DNA from: Acidobacteriota bacterium
Lineage (GTDB): Bacteria; Acidobacteriota; UBA6911
Reading direction: 5' to 3'
Assembly: GCA_963664705.1 (NCBI GenBank)
Contig: OY761556.1
Location: forward strand, 6,400,001-6,464,000
Length of the DNA stretch: 64,000 bases
Shown here: positions 28,424-37,605 of the stretch, piece by piece
Numbering within the stretch: position 1 is the stretch's first letter
Layout: every line of letters begins with the position of its first letter
Notes under the pieces: generated by a model
Database searches by the model: none
Seen by the model: the letters and a program-made list of their open reading frames with translations, nothing else
Told to the model about the DNA's origin: nothing
Program-made: the position numbers and the translations under genes

Positions 28424-29662
28424 ATGATGAAACAACCAAAACGCATGTGGTGCTTGTTGGCCGGTCTCTGGATGTTCGCAGCATGCGGAGGCTGCAGCAT
28501 CGTGAAGCATGGAGATTCTGAAGCCGAGGCGCCTCAATCCACCGCTTTAACTATTCCCCATCCAACTCTCGACCAGCATGCAAGTACCACCTCGATTCGA
28601 TACGCCAAGGGATTCACTCTGGAACAACGGCAGGGATACAGATTAATGCGGGTGCTTACTCCCTGGCGTGATGCGAAAACAACATTTTCCTATGCGCTTG
28701 TACGGCGCGGCGAAAAAATTCCTCAAATAGAGCCTGGTGCCGTCGTGGTAGAAACTCCGGTGCGCCATATTGTTTTGGCAAGCACAACCTTCATTGTTTA
28801 TTTCGCCATGCTTGGCTTGGAGGATTCCGTTGTCGGAATATCGGGATGCAAGATGGTCAACACGCCTTCAATTGCCGCCCGCATTCATGATGGACGAATT
28901 CTGGAGGTCGGCGACGGCAGCATGAGCGCAAAGAGTTTCAACATGGAGAGGTTGTTCAACCTTCAGCCCGATCTCCTCATGATTTATGGAACAGGCAATC
29001 CGGAATACGATCAACAGAACAAGCTTCAGGAAGCAGGCTTTCATGTAGCCGTCAATTCCGAATATATGGAGACAACGCCTCTCGGTCGAACGGAGTGGAT
29101 CAAGTTTATTGCGGCCTTTTTCAATAAGGATGCTGAGGCGGATCTCCTGTTCACAGATATCGTCGCACGATACGAGAAACTGGCTGAAAAGTCTCGCAAC
29201 GTTACAATGAGGCCGACGGTATTCTGCGGATCAAACTGGCGGGGTTCTTGGCATATGCCGGGGGGAAATAGTTATGTCGCAATGTTTCTCCGCGACGCCG
29301 GAGCAAGGTATCTCTGGAGCGATGATCAAAGCACGGGCAGCATGCCGCTGAATGTTGAATCCGTTATTGCGCGGGCGAAAGATGCTGATTTCTGGCTCAA
29401 TCCCGGCGTTCACCGCTCCAAAGAGGAGATAGCGGGAGAAGATGACCGTTATCCGGTATTTCGTGCTTTCCGAACCGGCCGTGTATTCAACAACAATGCA
29501 ATTGTGGATGCCGGAGGAGGCAACGACATCTGGGAAACAGGAATCGCGAATCCGGACAAAGTACTGGCGGACCTGATCAGCATATTTCACCCGGAGCTTC
29601 TGCCTGGCCATCAACGCACGTGGTTTTGGCAGCTTCCAGAAAAAGCAATCGAGCAGAAATGA
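28424..29662 (+). CDS. btuF: Cobalamin ABC transporter substrate-binding protein (likely lipoprotein)
   Basis: IRYAKGF, EYMETTPLGRTEWIKF and DLISIFHPE; operon context. Confidence 0.82.
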   Translation: MMKQPKRMWCLLAGLWMFAACGGCSIVKHGDSEAEAPQSTALTIPHPTLDQHASTTSIRYAKGFTLEQRQGYRLMRVLTPWRDAKTTFSYALVRRGEKIPQIEPGAVVVETPVRHIVLASTTFIVYFAMLGLEDSVVGISGCKMVNTPSIAARIHDGRILEVGDGSMSAKSFNMERLFNLQPDLLMIYGTGNPEYDQQNKLQEAGFHVAVNSEYMETTPLGRTEWIKFIAAFFNKDAEADLLFTDIVARYEKLAEKSRNVTMRPTVFCGSNWRGSWHMPGGNSYVAMFLRDAGARYLWSDDQSTGSMPLNVESVIARAKDADFWLNPGVHRSKEEIAGEDDRYPVFRAFRTGRVFNNNAIVDAGGGNDIWETGIANPDKVLADLISIFHPELLPGHQRTWFWQLPEKAIEQK

Positions 29663-30738
29663 CAGCTACAAAGCATTCGGCAACACAGATCACACTATTT
29701 CCCCGTGTCCGTCCTGCCATATGGTTTGGCCTTATTTTATTGTTTGTGGCTGCTTTGGCATTGGAACTTGCGCTTGGGTCTCTCATGATCCCAATTAAAA
29801 GTGTAATTTCCATTTTGCTCGGAAGAAATGATGTTCCGGAGGGATGGCGGCAGATTGTTTTGCTTTTCCGCCTTCCGCGGGCTTTTACCGCTGCATTGGC
29901 GGGAGCAGCTTTGGGAATTGCCGGTTTGAAAATGCAAACTCTCTTTCGCAACCCTCTGGCCGATCCTTTTGTATTGGGCATAAGTTCCGGGGCCGGATTG
30001 GGTGTTGCATTAGTCGTTTTGGCAGCTGGAGGAATTGGATGGAAATCCATAGTGGCCAAGACAGGGCTTTTGGGAAATGCTTCCATAATCATTGCCGCAA
30101 TCGTGGGTGCCGCTATTGTGATGGGAATTGTGCTCGGAGTTGCGCGCAAGGTTGAAAACTCTCTGACATTGCTGATCGTCGGTTTGATGTTTGGCTACAT
30201 CTCCAGTTCTCTCGTCAATGTGCTCATGCAATTTTCTATGGAACATCAGATGCAAAGCTACATCACATGGACTTTCGGATCCTTTGCCGGTGTAACCTGG
30301 CGACAATTGGCCGTGTTTGCTCCTGTAGTGATTGTCGGAATTCTTCTGGCGTGGCTGCTGGCGAAACCGCTAAATGCTCTATTGTTGGGAGACAGCTACG
30401 CCCGCAGCATGGGAGTGCACGTCCAATACGTTCGCAATTTCATCATTATAGGAACTGCTTTGCTGGCCGGTTCGGTTACGGCATTTTGCGGCCCGATCGG
30501 ATTCCTGGGAATTGCTGTGCCGCACTTGAGCCGCATGCTTTTAAAAACCGGAGATCACCACACACTGGTCCCGGCAGTGATGTTACTGGGATCGGTACTG
30601 GCAATGCTGGCCGATATTATTTCGCAAGTGCCCGGCACGCAAATCTCCTTGCCTTTAAATTCCGTCACGGCTCTGATCGGCGCTCCCGTTGTTGTCGGAG
30701 TCATTCTCAGGCGACGCCACGTTATGGAGGCGGCATAA
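29659..30738 (+). CDS. btuC: FecCD/BtuC permease
   Basis: RLPR, QTLFRNPLADPFVLGISSGA and GPIGFLG. Confidence 0.9.
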   Translation: MTATKHSATQITLFPRVRPAIWFGLILLFVAALALELALGSLMIPIKSVISILLGRNDVPEGWRQIVLLFRLPRAFTAALAGAALGIAGLKMQTLFRNPLADPFVLGISSGAGLGVALVVLAAGGIGWKSIVAKTGLLGNASIIIAAIVGAAIVMGIVLGVARKVENSLTLLIVGLMFGYISSSLVNVLMQFSMEHQMQSYITWTFGSFAGVTWRQLAVFAPVVIVGILLAWLLAKPLNALLLGDSYARSMGVHVQYVRNFIIIGTALLAGSVTAFCGPIGFLGIAVPHLSRMLLKTGDHHTLVPAVMLLGSVLAMLADIISQVPGTQISLPLNSVTALIGAPVVVGVILRRRHVMEAA

Positions 30739-31787
30739 TGACGGAATCCGCAGTTATTCATCTTGAAAATGTGACAATCGGATATCGGCAGCATAGGCAT
30801 CCGCAACGGATAGTGGCGAAGAATATTTCGGTCGCCTTAAACGCAGGAGAATTTGTTTGCCTTCTTGGGCCCAACGGTGCAGGAAAATCCACGCTGATTC
30901 GAACGATCTCAGGTATGCAACCGCCCCTGACTGGAGTGGTTAGACTCGATGGGAAACATCTATCATCCTATTCATCCCGAGAACTAGCTCAGCGCATGAG
31001 CCTTGTCCTGACTCAGCGCGCCGCTGTGGGAATGATGTCCGCGTCCACATTGGTATCTCTCGGTCGGCATCCCTATACCAGTTGGACTGGGAAACTCGGT
31101 GCCCATGATGTGGAAGCCGTTCAAGCAGCAATGGCTGCAGTTGGAATCGAAACACTGGCGCACCGTCCTGTTTGTGAACTGAGCGATGGAGAGCGACAAA
31201 AAGTGATGATCGCCCGCGCTCGGGCTCAGGATCCTCAGGTGATGATTCTAGATGAAGCAACAGCATTTCTTGATTTGCCGCGCCGCGTCGAATTCATGCA
31301 TTTGCTTCGTCGTCTTGCTCCTGCCGGTAAGCGGGCAATTCTTCTTTCGACGCATGATCTCGATCTGGCATTACGATGCGCAGATCGACTCTGGCTGCTT
31401 CCACCTGGCGGTCCCCTGCAACAAGGTGCGCCGGAAGATCTGGTGCTGACCGATGCTCTTGCATCTGCTTTCCGGGACGCTGAGGTGAAGTTTAATAAAG
31501 AGTCCGGTGCATTCCAGCATCGGCGCGGCGATCGGGGAAGTATTGCCCTGCATGGCGAAGATGTTCCGGCGATGTGGACCTATCGAGCACTGGAAAGAGC
31601 AGGCTATAGGGTTGTTGCTCCCGGTGAAGCACAAACCTGTGTTGAGGTCCGGCACGAAGGCGATTCGATTGTCTGGAATATCCGGGAGATAGACAGGTCC
31701 CGCTGCAATTCAGTTGAGGCATTGCTGGCGCAGCTGCGACTGATCGAGGTGAAAGGAACGGCGAATGCGTCTGGGCACCTACTATGA
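30738..31787 (+). CDS. btuD: ABC ATPase of the cobalamin importer
   Basis: GPNGAGKST, LSDGERQK, ILDE and STHD. Confidence 0.9.
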   Translation: MTESAVIHLENVTIGYRQHRHPQRIVAKNISVALNAGEFVCLLGPNGAGKSTLIRTISGMQPPLTGVVRLDGKHLSSYSSRELAQRMSLVLTQRAAVGMMSASTLVSLGRHPYTSWTGKLGAHDVEAVQAAMAAVGIETLAHRPVCELSDGERQKVMIARARAQDPQVMILDEATAFLDLPRRVEFMHLLRRLAPAGKRAILLSTHDLDLALRCADRLWLLPPGGPLQQGAPEDLVLTDALASAFRDAEVKFNKESGAFQHRRGDRGSIALHGEDVPAMWTYRALERAGYRVVAPGEAQTCVEVRHEGDSIVWNIREIDRSRCNSVEALLAQLRLIEVKGTANASGHLL

Positions 31788-32943
31788 CGGTGTGGAATTA
31801 CATCGCGAAGATAAGATAGTTTATGCGCGGTTTTTGCTTCCGCACCGGGTGATATCTACTTGCCCGGCTGCAGGCGGACTGAGGGACAATCTCGTATACC
31901 TATACAATCATCAATCTTGCGAGCCGGCAGGACACAATCCGTCCATCCATCGCCTTGTTTCCCACGATCCTCAAACCTATCGGCGCCTGATTTGTCGTCA
32001 GCATGCACTGACGGATCAGGATTGCGCCACGTTGGGTACCGCAGCCAATATGCGCTACGCCGCAATCAAGGTAGCTGGTTTCTGTGATCTCACGGTTGTT
32101 GCCGTTTGCACCGGCGGAGTCGAAACCAATGCCGGACGCGCAGGCGATCCTGCGTCTGTGTATGAATGCAATGGATCTTATGAAAAGGTCTCGGTGGAAG
32201 AACCTGTATTGCACGGCACCATCAATACCATGCTGTTCATTAGTCATGAATTGACGGAAGGAGCCATGGTGCGTGCCGTTATTACGGCAACCGAAGCAAA
32301 AACGGCTGTCTTGCAGGAACTCGCTGTTGGTTCACGCTATTCCACAGGATTAGCGACAGGCACAGAAACAGATCAAATCGGGGTTGCCGCACGGCTGAAC
32401 ACTGATTCAATCCTGACCGGTGCTGGGAATCACTGTGTTTTAGGCGAGTTCATCGGAAAGACCGTACATGATGCTGTTCTGGAAACGTTGAAGCTCCAGA
32501 ACTCCTTGACTTCGGAAAGCTGTCGTTCGACTGTTTATCATTTGCAAAGATTTGGTGTTACGCGCGAATCCTTGATTCACGATGTAAATTTACATCTTTC
32601 CGGCGACAAAGCAGCTCTTTTTGAGAACAATTTTGTGGTAGTGGAACGAGATCCACTGGTTGTCGCCGCTATTGCAGCTCTTGTGCACATCCATGATGAA
32701 ATCACATGGGGCATTCTTCCTTCCGGATGTGTGCCCGAGCTATGGGCAACCTATGGCGCACAGATAGCCGCTGCAATATCGGGAGATTATACTCGCTTGC
32801 CCGGCTATCGGGATGTCCTCGCTGCTGCCCAGAGCTCGGCATTAGCCAGGGATTTTTTACAGCTGGTCGCGCGTGCCATAGCAATTGGATTTTCAGAAAA
32901 ATGGGAGGATACAGACATAGAAGCCGCAGCAATTATGGAATAG
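31765..32943 (+). CDS. cbiZ: Adenosylcobinamide amidohydrolase (long CbiZ)
   Basis: NHQSCEP, LGTAANM, TGGVETNAGRAGDPA, GTINTML, TATEAK and ATGTETD. Confidence 0.88.
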   Translation: MRLGTYYDGVELHREDKIVYARFLLPHRVISTCPAAGGLRDNLVYLYNHQSCEPAGHNPSIHRLVSHDPQTYRRLICRQHALTDQDCATLGTAANMRYAAIKVAGFCDLTVVAVCTGGVETNAGRAGDPASVYECNGSYEKVSVEEPVLHGTINTMLFISHELTEGAMVRAVITATEAKTAVLQELAVGSRYSTGLATGTETDQIGVAARLNTDSILTGAGNHCVLGEFIGKTVHDAVLETLKLQNSLTSESCRSTVYHLQRFGVTRESLIHDVNLHLSGDKAALFENNFVVVERDPLVVAAIAALVHIHDEITWGILPSGCVPELWATYGAQIAAAISGDYTRLPGYRDVLAAAQSSALARDFLQLVARAIAIGFSEKWEDTDIEAAAIME

Positions 32944-33018
32944 CGTCAGCGCATAGCCGGCTGTGAAGCTGGAAATTGTTTTTTGGAGGAAAATGCGAAC
33001 TCATACTTTGAATTCTTC

Positions 33019-33047
33019 TTGACACTGATTGTTTGCATTTCTAGTAT
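33019..33047 (+). promoter_or_regulatory. Sigma70-type promoter for the bza leader
   Basis: TTGACA-N17-TAGTAT. Confidence 0.6.
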
Positions 33048-33071
33048 GAGCCGCGAAAATTGAGTTGAGTA

Positions 33072-33240
33072 TCCGGATATCGGCCCATTGGGCCGTTTGA
33101 AGGGAAACCGGTGAAAATCCGGTACGGACCCGCCGCTGTGATCGGGGACGAAACCCGCACAAAGCCACTGTTCCATCATCAAATGGGACGGGAAGGCGCG
33201 GGAAGTAGGTCGATCCGAAAGTCAGAAGACCTGGTATCCG
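33072..33240 (+). ncRNA. Cobalamin riboswitch 6 (upstream of the bza operon)
   Basis: AAGGGAAACCGGTGAAAATCCGGTACGGACCCGCCGCTGTGA...GCCACTG...GGGAAGGC...AGTCAGAAGACCTG. Confidence 0.92.
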
Positions 33241-33263
33241 GTGTACGCTCCAGAGGAGATGGT

Positions 33264-33302
33264 AAATCCTCAGGCGCTAATCGTGCGCTTGGGGATTTTT
33301 TT
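33264..33302 (+). terminator. Attenuator terminator after riboswitch 6
   Basis: AAATCCTCAGGCGC-loop-GCGCTTGGGGATTT followed by a T run. Confidence 0.75.
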
Positions 33303-33373
33303 ATTCCCGGCGCCATATTCAAGCGCTCTCACACCATCGATGGAAGAGACGCGGAACCGTCGGGAGGTATACC

Positions 33374-34684
33374 ATGTCTACTCAGGTTGAACTGGCATCA
33401 CAAGGAATCATCACACCAGCAATCCAGGAAATCGCAGCACAGGAAGGTCACGAGCCTGAAACCATCCGTCAACGCATTGCGGACGGCCAGATCGTGGCTC
33501 CGCTCAATTCAAGCAGGCCATGCCGCGTTGTCGGCATCGGTATGGGGCTTCGCTCCAAGGTCAATGCAAGCATCGGAACATCAACCGACATCATCGATAT
33601 TGATGCCGAAGTCCGAAAAGCAAAGGCTGCCGAAGCGGCCGGCGCGGATACTTTGATGGAGCTTTCCGTGGGAGGTGATCTCAACGCCGTCCGTCGTGAA
33701 GTCCTTGCTGCCGTAAATCTGCCGGTTGGAAATGTTCCGCTGTACCAGGCATTCTGCGAAGCAACTCGCCGGCATGGCGACCCGAATAAACTTGATGAAG
33801 AGCTGTTGTTTGATCTCATCGAGCAACAATGCGCGGATGGGATTGCCTTCATGGCCGTTCACTGTGGGATCAACCTGTACACGATCGAGCGGCTCGAACG
33901 CCAGGGCTATCGCTATGGCGGGCTTGTCAGCAAGGGCGGCACATCCATGGTTTCATGGATGAAGGCGAATAAACGGGAAAATCCGCTCTATGAGAAGTTC
34001 GACCGCGTGGTGGGAATCCTCAAAAAATACGACACAGTGCTTTCTCTTGGGAACGGTCTTCGCTCGGGAGCTATTTGGGATTCCTTCGATCGCGCGATGG
34101 TACAGGAGCTGCTCATCAACTGCGAGCTTGCCGAACTCGGGCGCAAGATGGGTTGCCAGATGATGGTGGAAGGGCCGGGACACGTTCCCATTGACGAGAT
34201 CGAGGCAAATATCATTTTGCAGAAGCGCATGAGCAACAACGCACCCTACTACATGCTGGGGCCGATTCCGACCGATGTCGCCGCCGGGTATGATCATGTA
34301 GCGGCCGCAATCGGCGCAGCTCACAGCGCCCGATACGGAGCAGACCTCATCTGCTATATTACTCCTTCCGAGCACCTCGCTTTGCCGAACGAGGCGGATG
34401 TCGTCGAAGGCGTTCGCGTCGCCCGTGTGGGCGCATATATCGGCGACATGGCCAAGTACCCGGAAAAAACTAAATCAAGAGATAGAGCCATGAGCAAAGC
34501 GCGACGCGATCTGGACTGGAACGGGCAGTATACCAATGCCCTGTTTCCTAAGGAAGCCAAGGCGATCCGCGACAGCCGCGTGCCCAACAATAAGGAAGTG
34601 TGCACGATGTGCGGCGATCTTTGCGCCAACAAAGCCTCTTTCAATCTGTTCCGACATCTGCTCGACGGGACGGAGAAAGCCTGA
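33374..34684 (+). CDS. bzaF: 5-hydroxybenzimidazole synthase (ThiC paralogue)
   Basis: ThiC fold KVNASIGTS, VEGPGHVP and CTMCGDLC; B12 riboswitch upstream and bzaCDE-like genes downstream. Confidence 0.85.
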   Translation: MSTQVELASQGIITPAIQEIAAQEGHEPETIRQRIADGQIVAPLNSSRPCRVVGIGMGLRSKVNASIGTSTDIIDIDAEVRKAKAAEAAGADTLMELSVGGDLNAVRREVLAAVNLPVGNVPLYQAFCEATRRHGDPNKLDEELLFDLIEQQCADGIAFMAVHCGINLYTIERLERQGYRYGGLVSKGGTSMVSWMKANKRENPLYEKFDRVVGILKKYDTVLSLGNGLRSGAIWDSFDRAMVQELLINCELAELGRKMGCQMMVEGPGHVPIDEIEANIILQKRMSNNAPYYMLGPIPTDVAAGYDHVAAAIGAAHSARYGADLICYITPSEHLALPNEADVVEGVRVARVGAYIGDMAKYPEKTKSRDRAMSKARRDLDWNGQYTNALFPKEAKAIRDSRVPNNKEVCTMCGDLCANKASFNLFRHLLDGTEKA

Positions 34685-34691
34685 ATCAGCA

Positions 34692-36260
34692 ATGAGCATT
34701 CCTTACCTGCATACAGATATTGCTTCCGAGGATTTCCAGATTCTTGAAGATCTCGCTACTGCGAGCTGGTATTCGGAGGTTCTTTTCGCTGCCATCGAGC
34801 TCGGCATATTCGAAGCGCTATCGGAGAATCCACGGTCATCGGAGGATCTCGCAACAAAGCTGGACTATGATCGTGACAGCATGGCCCGCTTCCTGGAAGT
34901 GCTGGGTTCTTTAGGGCTCATCGTGGTTCGCGACGGGAATTACGAAAACGGCCCGCTCGCTGCAAGATTTCTGGTGCGTGGCAGCGAATGGTATGCAGGG
35001 CATTTCCTCGATTACAGAAAATTCCTCGCTCCTGGCTGGAAACGGCTTCCGGCCAGGATTCGCTCAGGCGTATCCGCCAACAACAGACCAGAGACCGAAG
35101 CGCCCGAAGTCTACCAGGAAAGAGTTTTTGCTTATGTTCGTGCTATGGATTTCCAGGCCCGGATCAAGGCAGAGAGTGTTTTGCGGAATCCATCTCTTCT
35201 TGCTGAGACAAGCGTGCAGAGTCTGCTCGATATCGGTGGAGGAGCCGGCGCATGGTGTAGGGCGCTGCTCGTGAAATGGCCTGAGGCTCGCGCGCTGCTG
35301 CTGGATCTTCCGGAAACTCTTGCGGCTGCCCAAAGACTATATCCCAATACAACCAGCTGGAAAGGAATCGAAATGATTGCCGGCGATGGACTCGCTCTGG
35401 ATATCGGGAGCCGGAAATTCGACCTCGTAATCCTTTCAAATATCCTTCATGCATACGGGAAAGCCGAGGCAGCTCAACTGCTGAACGAAGCTGTACAAGC
35501 CCTTGCGCCGGGCGGACAGATTCTGATTCATGACTATTTGGCGGATGGACACAGGTCCAGCCCTTTGAAGGGCAGACTCTACGATCTGCACATGCTGCTC
35601 AACACATACAATGGACGAATCTATTCTCTTGAGGAACTCCAGAAAATGCTTTCTGCTGCAGGCATCGAAAATAGCCGCCTCTTTCATCTTGAAACCGACA
35701 CATCAATTCTACTGGCTTCGAAGGATGGATCAAGCAAGCACCAGTCGTTGGATGACGGCGACATGGCCGAGGCGCATGCCAAAGCGGTCGGCTTCAACTA
35801 TGCGCGAGTTATCGAAGCTCGTGAGATCGTTACGGAACCCTGGGTCAGGATCAAGTGCGAACAGGGATGTGCTCACTTCGGCAATTCATTGAGCTGTCCT
35901 CCCCATTCGCTCAGCCTTGAGAAAATGCGGGAAGTATTATCAACATACACCCATGCTCTGCTGGTCCAGGCAACTCCGCCCCCTCAATCATTCCACGAAC
36001 GGCTTCTGGCTCTCGAGCGCGATTTGTTTCTTAATGGCCATCCCGAAGCGCTTGCATTCGGCGCCGGTCCATGCCCGGTTTGCCCAACTTGTTCAACCGA
36101 CGGCAAGTGTCGATACCCCGACCTCGCAAGACCATCGCTTGAAGCGTGTTGTGTGGATGTTTATGAGACCGCCCACCGTGCAGGGCTTGCACTGGAACCC
36201 CTTCGTCACCCAATGAGCTACGTGAAGTATGTTGGGCTCGTGCTTTTTAGGAAGAGGTGA
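34692..36260 (+). CDS. bzaC: O-methyltransferase fused to a Cys-rich DUF2284-like domain
   Basis: Dimerisation domain, LLDIGGGAG and ILSNILH; C-terminal KCEQGC, SCPP, GPCPVCPTC and RPSLEACCVD. Confidence 0.82.
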   Translation: MSIPYLHTDIASEDFQILEDLATASWYSEVLFAAIELGIFEALSENPRSSEDLATKLDYDRDSMARFLEVLGSLGLIVVRDGNYENGPLAARFLVRGSEWYAGHFLDYRKFLAPGWKRLPARIRSGVSANNRPETEAPEVYQERVFAYVRAMDFQARIKAESVLRNPSLLAETSVQSLLDIGGGAGAWCRALLVKWPEARALLLDLPETLAAAQRLYPNTTSWKGIEMIAGDGLALDIGSRKFDLVILSNILHAYGKAEAAQLLNEAVQALAPGGQILIHDYLADGHRSSPLKGRLYDLHMLLNTYNGRIYSLEELQKMLSAAGIENSRLFHLETDTSILLASKDGSSKHQSLDDGDMAEAHAKAVGFNYARVIEAREIVTEPWVRIKCEQGCAHFGNSLSCPPHSLSLEKMREVLSTYTHALLVQATPPPQSFHERLLALERDLFLNGHPEALAFGAGPCPVCPTCSTDGKCRYPDLARPSLEACCVDVYETAHRAGLALEPLRHPMSYVKYVGLVLFRKR

Positions 36261-36263
36261 GCA

Positions 36264-37601
36264 ATGCGTATTTTGCTGGTCCAGGCAGTTTCAACCCAGG
36301 ATTGCAGGGAACTCGTCTTCCCTCTGGGCCTCGCAAGGATATCCGCATCGCTCCGCGGCCGTCACGAAGTTCGAGGGTTGGATTTGAACACTGATCCCTT
36401 TCCCTGGCCGGGCCTGATCGACGTGCTTCATGAATTCAAACCACAGACGATTGCTATTTCCTTCAGAAATCTTGATCCCCTGGCAGGCAGTCTCGTTTCC
36501 TTTGTGCCACATTTAAAGACTCTCGCCGCTATCATCCATAAACACTCAGTAGATTCCACCATCATGCTCGGAGGAGCAGCTTTCACGCTTTTCCCCAAAC
36601 GTTTGATGGAGGAAATTCCGGAAGTTCACCTTGGCTTTTGCGGAGAAGCAGATACCGGCTTCGCTGTGCTTCTTGACAATATCACCTCTCCTAGCAAAAG
36701 CCCCGGTGTACTGTGGCGAAATGGATCTGAAATCAGGGGAGACGGTGACATTGCACGCTGCGAATGCACCATGGACGAACTACCTCTTCCGGACTGGCAG
36801 TTGTTTGGTCCGGACCGGTATCAGAATCTGAACCACTATGTGTCATTCATGGGCGTTGAAACGAAACGTGGTTGCCCTAACCGATGCCGCTATTGCCTAT
36901 ATCCAAAACTCCAGGGAAGCCGTCTCAGGTTACGCTCTTCGGAAAAGGTCGTTGATGAAATAGAAGCCATGCAGCGGGATTTTCAAATTAAGCTTGTGCA
37001 CTTTACAGATCCTGTCCTCAATCAGCCGGCCGAACACCTGAAGTCAATTTGCAGGGAGATTTTGAGGAGGCGCCTCGATGTTGGGTGGACCGGCTTTTTC
37101 CGTGAGGACATGCTGTCGGCAGAAGACATGGATCTCTATCTGAAAGCCGGATTAGCGGCCTGCTATTTTTCAGGCGACGGAACTACGGATCGGGCGCTCA
37201 AGCTTCTCGGCAAGGGGTATGACTTGGACATGATGATGCGGGGCGCTAAGATCGCAGCGGCCAGCGGTGTCCTCACCGTTTATCATTTTCTCGTCAATCT
37301 CCCAGGGGAGACAAAAAGGACCGTTGATGACACGCGTTCTTTGATTGAGCATCTCTTTGCAATCCATGCGGCCAGAGGGAATCTAGGAGCCGTGGTCATC
37401 AATAATCTCCGCCTCTATCCCGGAGCATCTCTTACCGAAACAATCATCCGCCGGAAGCTGATAGATCCCAGACAAGACTTGCTTTACCCGACATACTTTA
37501 ATCCTCCGCCCTGGGACTCCCTACGTCATGAACTGAACGCACTCTGCATGGAGCAAAGTACGCTGCGTTACCTTGAAACCCAACGAACTTCGGTCACATA
37601 A
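36264..37601 (+). CDS. bzaD: B12-binding radical SAM methylase
   Basis: FPLGL, SFRNLD and ETKRGCPNRCRYC; follows bzaC. Confidence 0.78.
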   Translation: MRILLVQAVSTQDCRELVFPLGLARISASLRGRHEVRGLDLNTDPFPWPGLIDVLHEFKPQTIAISFRNLDPLAGSLVSFVPHLKTLAAIIHKHSVDSTIMLGGAAFTLFPKRLMEEIPEVHLGFCGEADTGFAVLLDNITSPSKSPGVLWRNGSEIRGDGDIARCECTMDELPLPDWQLFGPDRYQNLNHYVSFMGVETKRGCPNRCRYCLYPKLQGSRLRLRSSEKVVDEIEAMQRDFQIKLVHFTDPVLNQPAEHLKSICREILRRRLDVGWTGFFREDMLSAEDMDLYLKAGLAACYFSGDGTTDRALKLLGKGYDLDMMMRGAKIAAASGVLTVYHFLVNLPGETKRTVDDTRSLIEHLFAIHAARGNLGAVVINNLRLYPGASLTETIIRRKLIDPRQDLLYPTYFNPPPWDSLRHELNALCMEQSTLRYLETQRTSVT

Positions 37602-37605
37602 GCAT

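Noticed and set aside
33374-34684. Thiamine biosynthesis thiC
   Set aside because: It is preceded by a cobalamin rather than TPP riboswitch and followed by bzaCDE-like genes.
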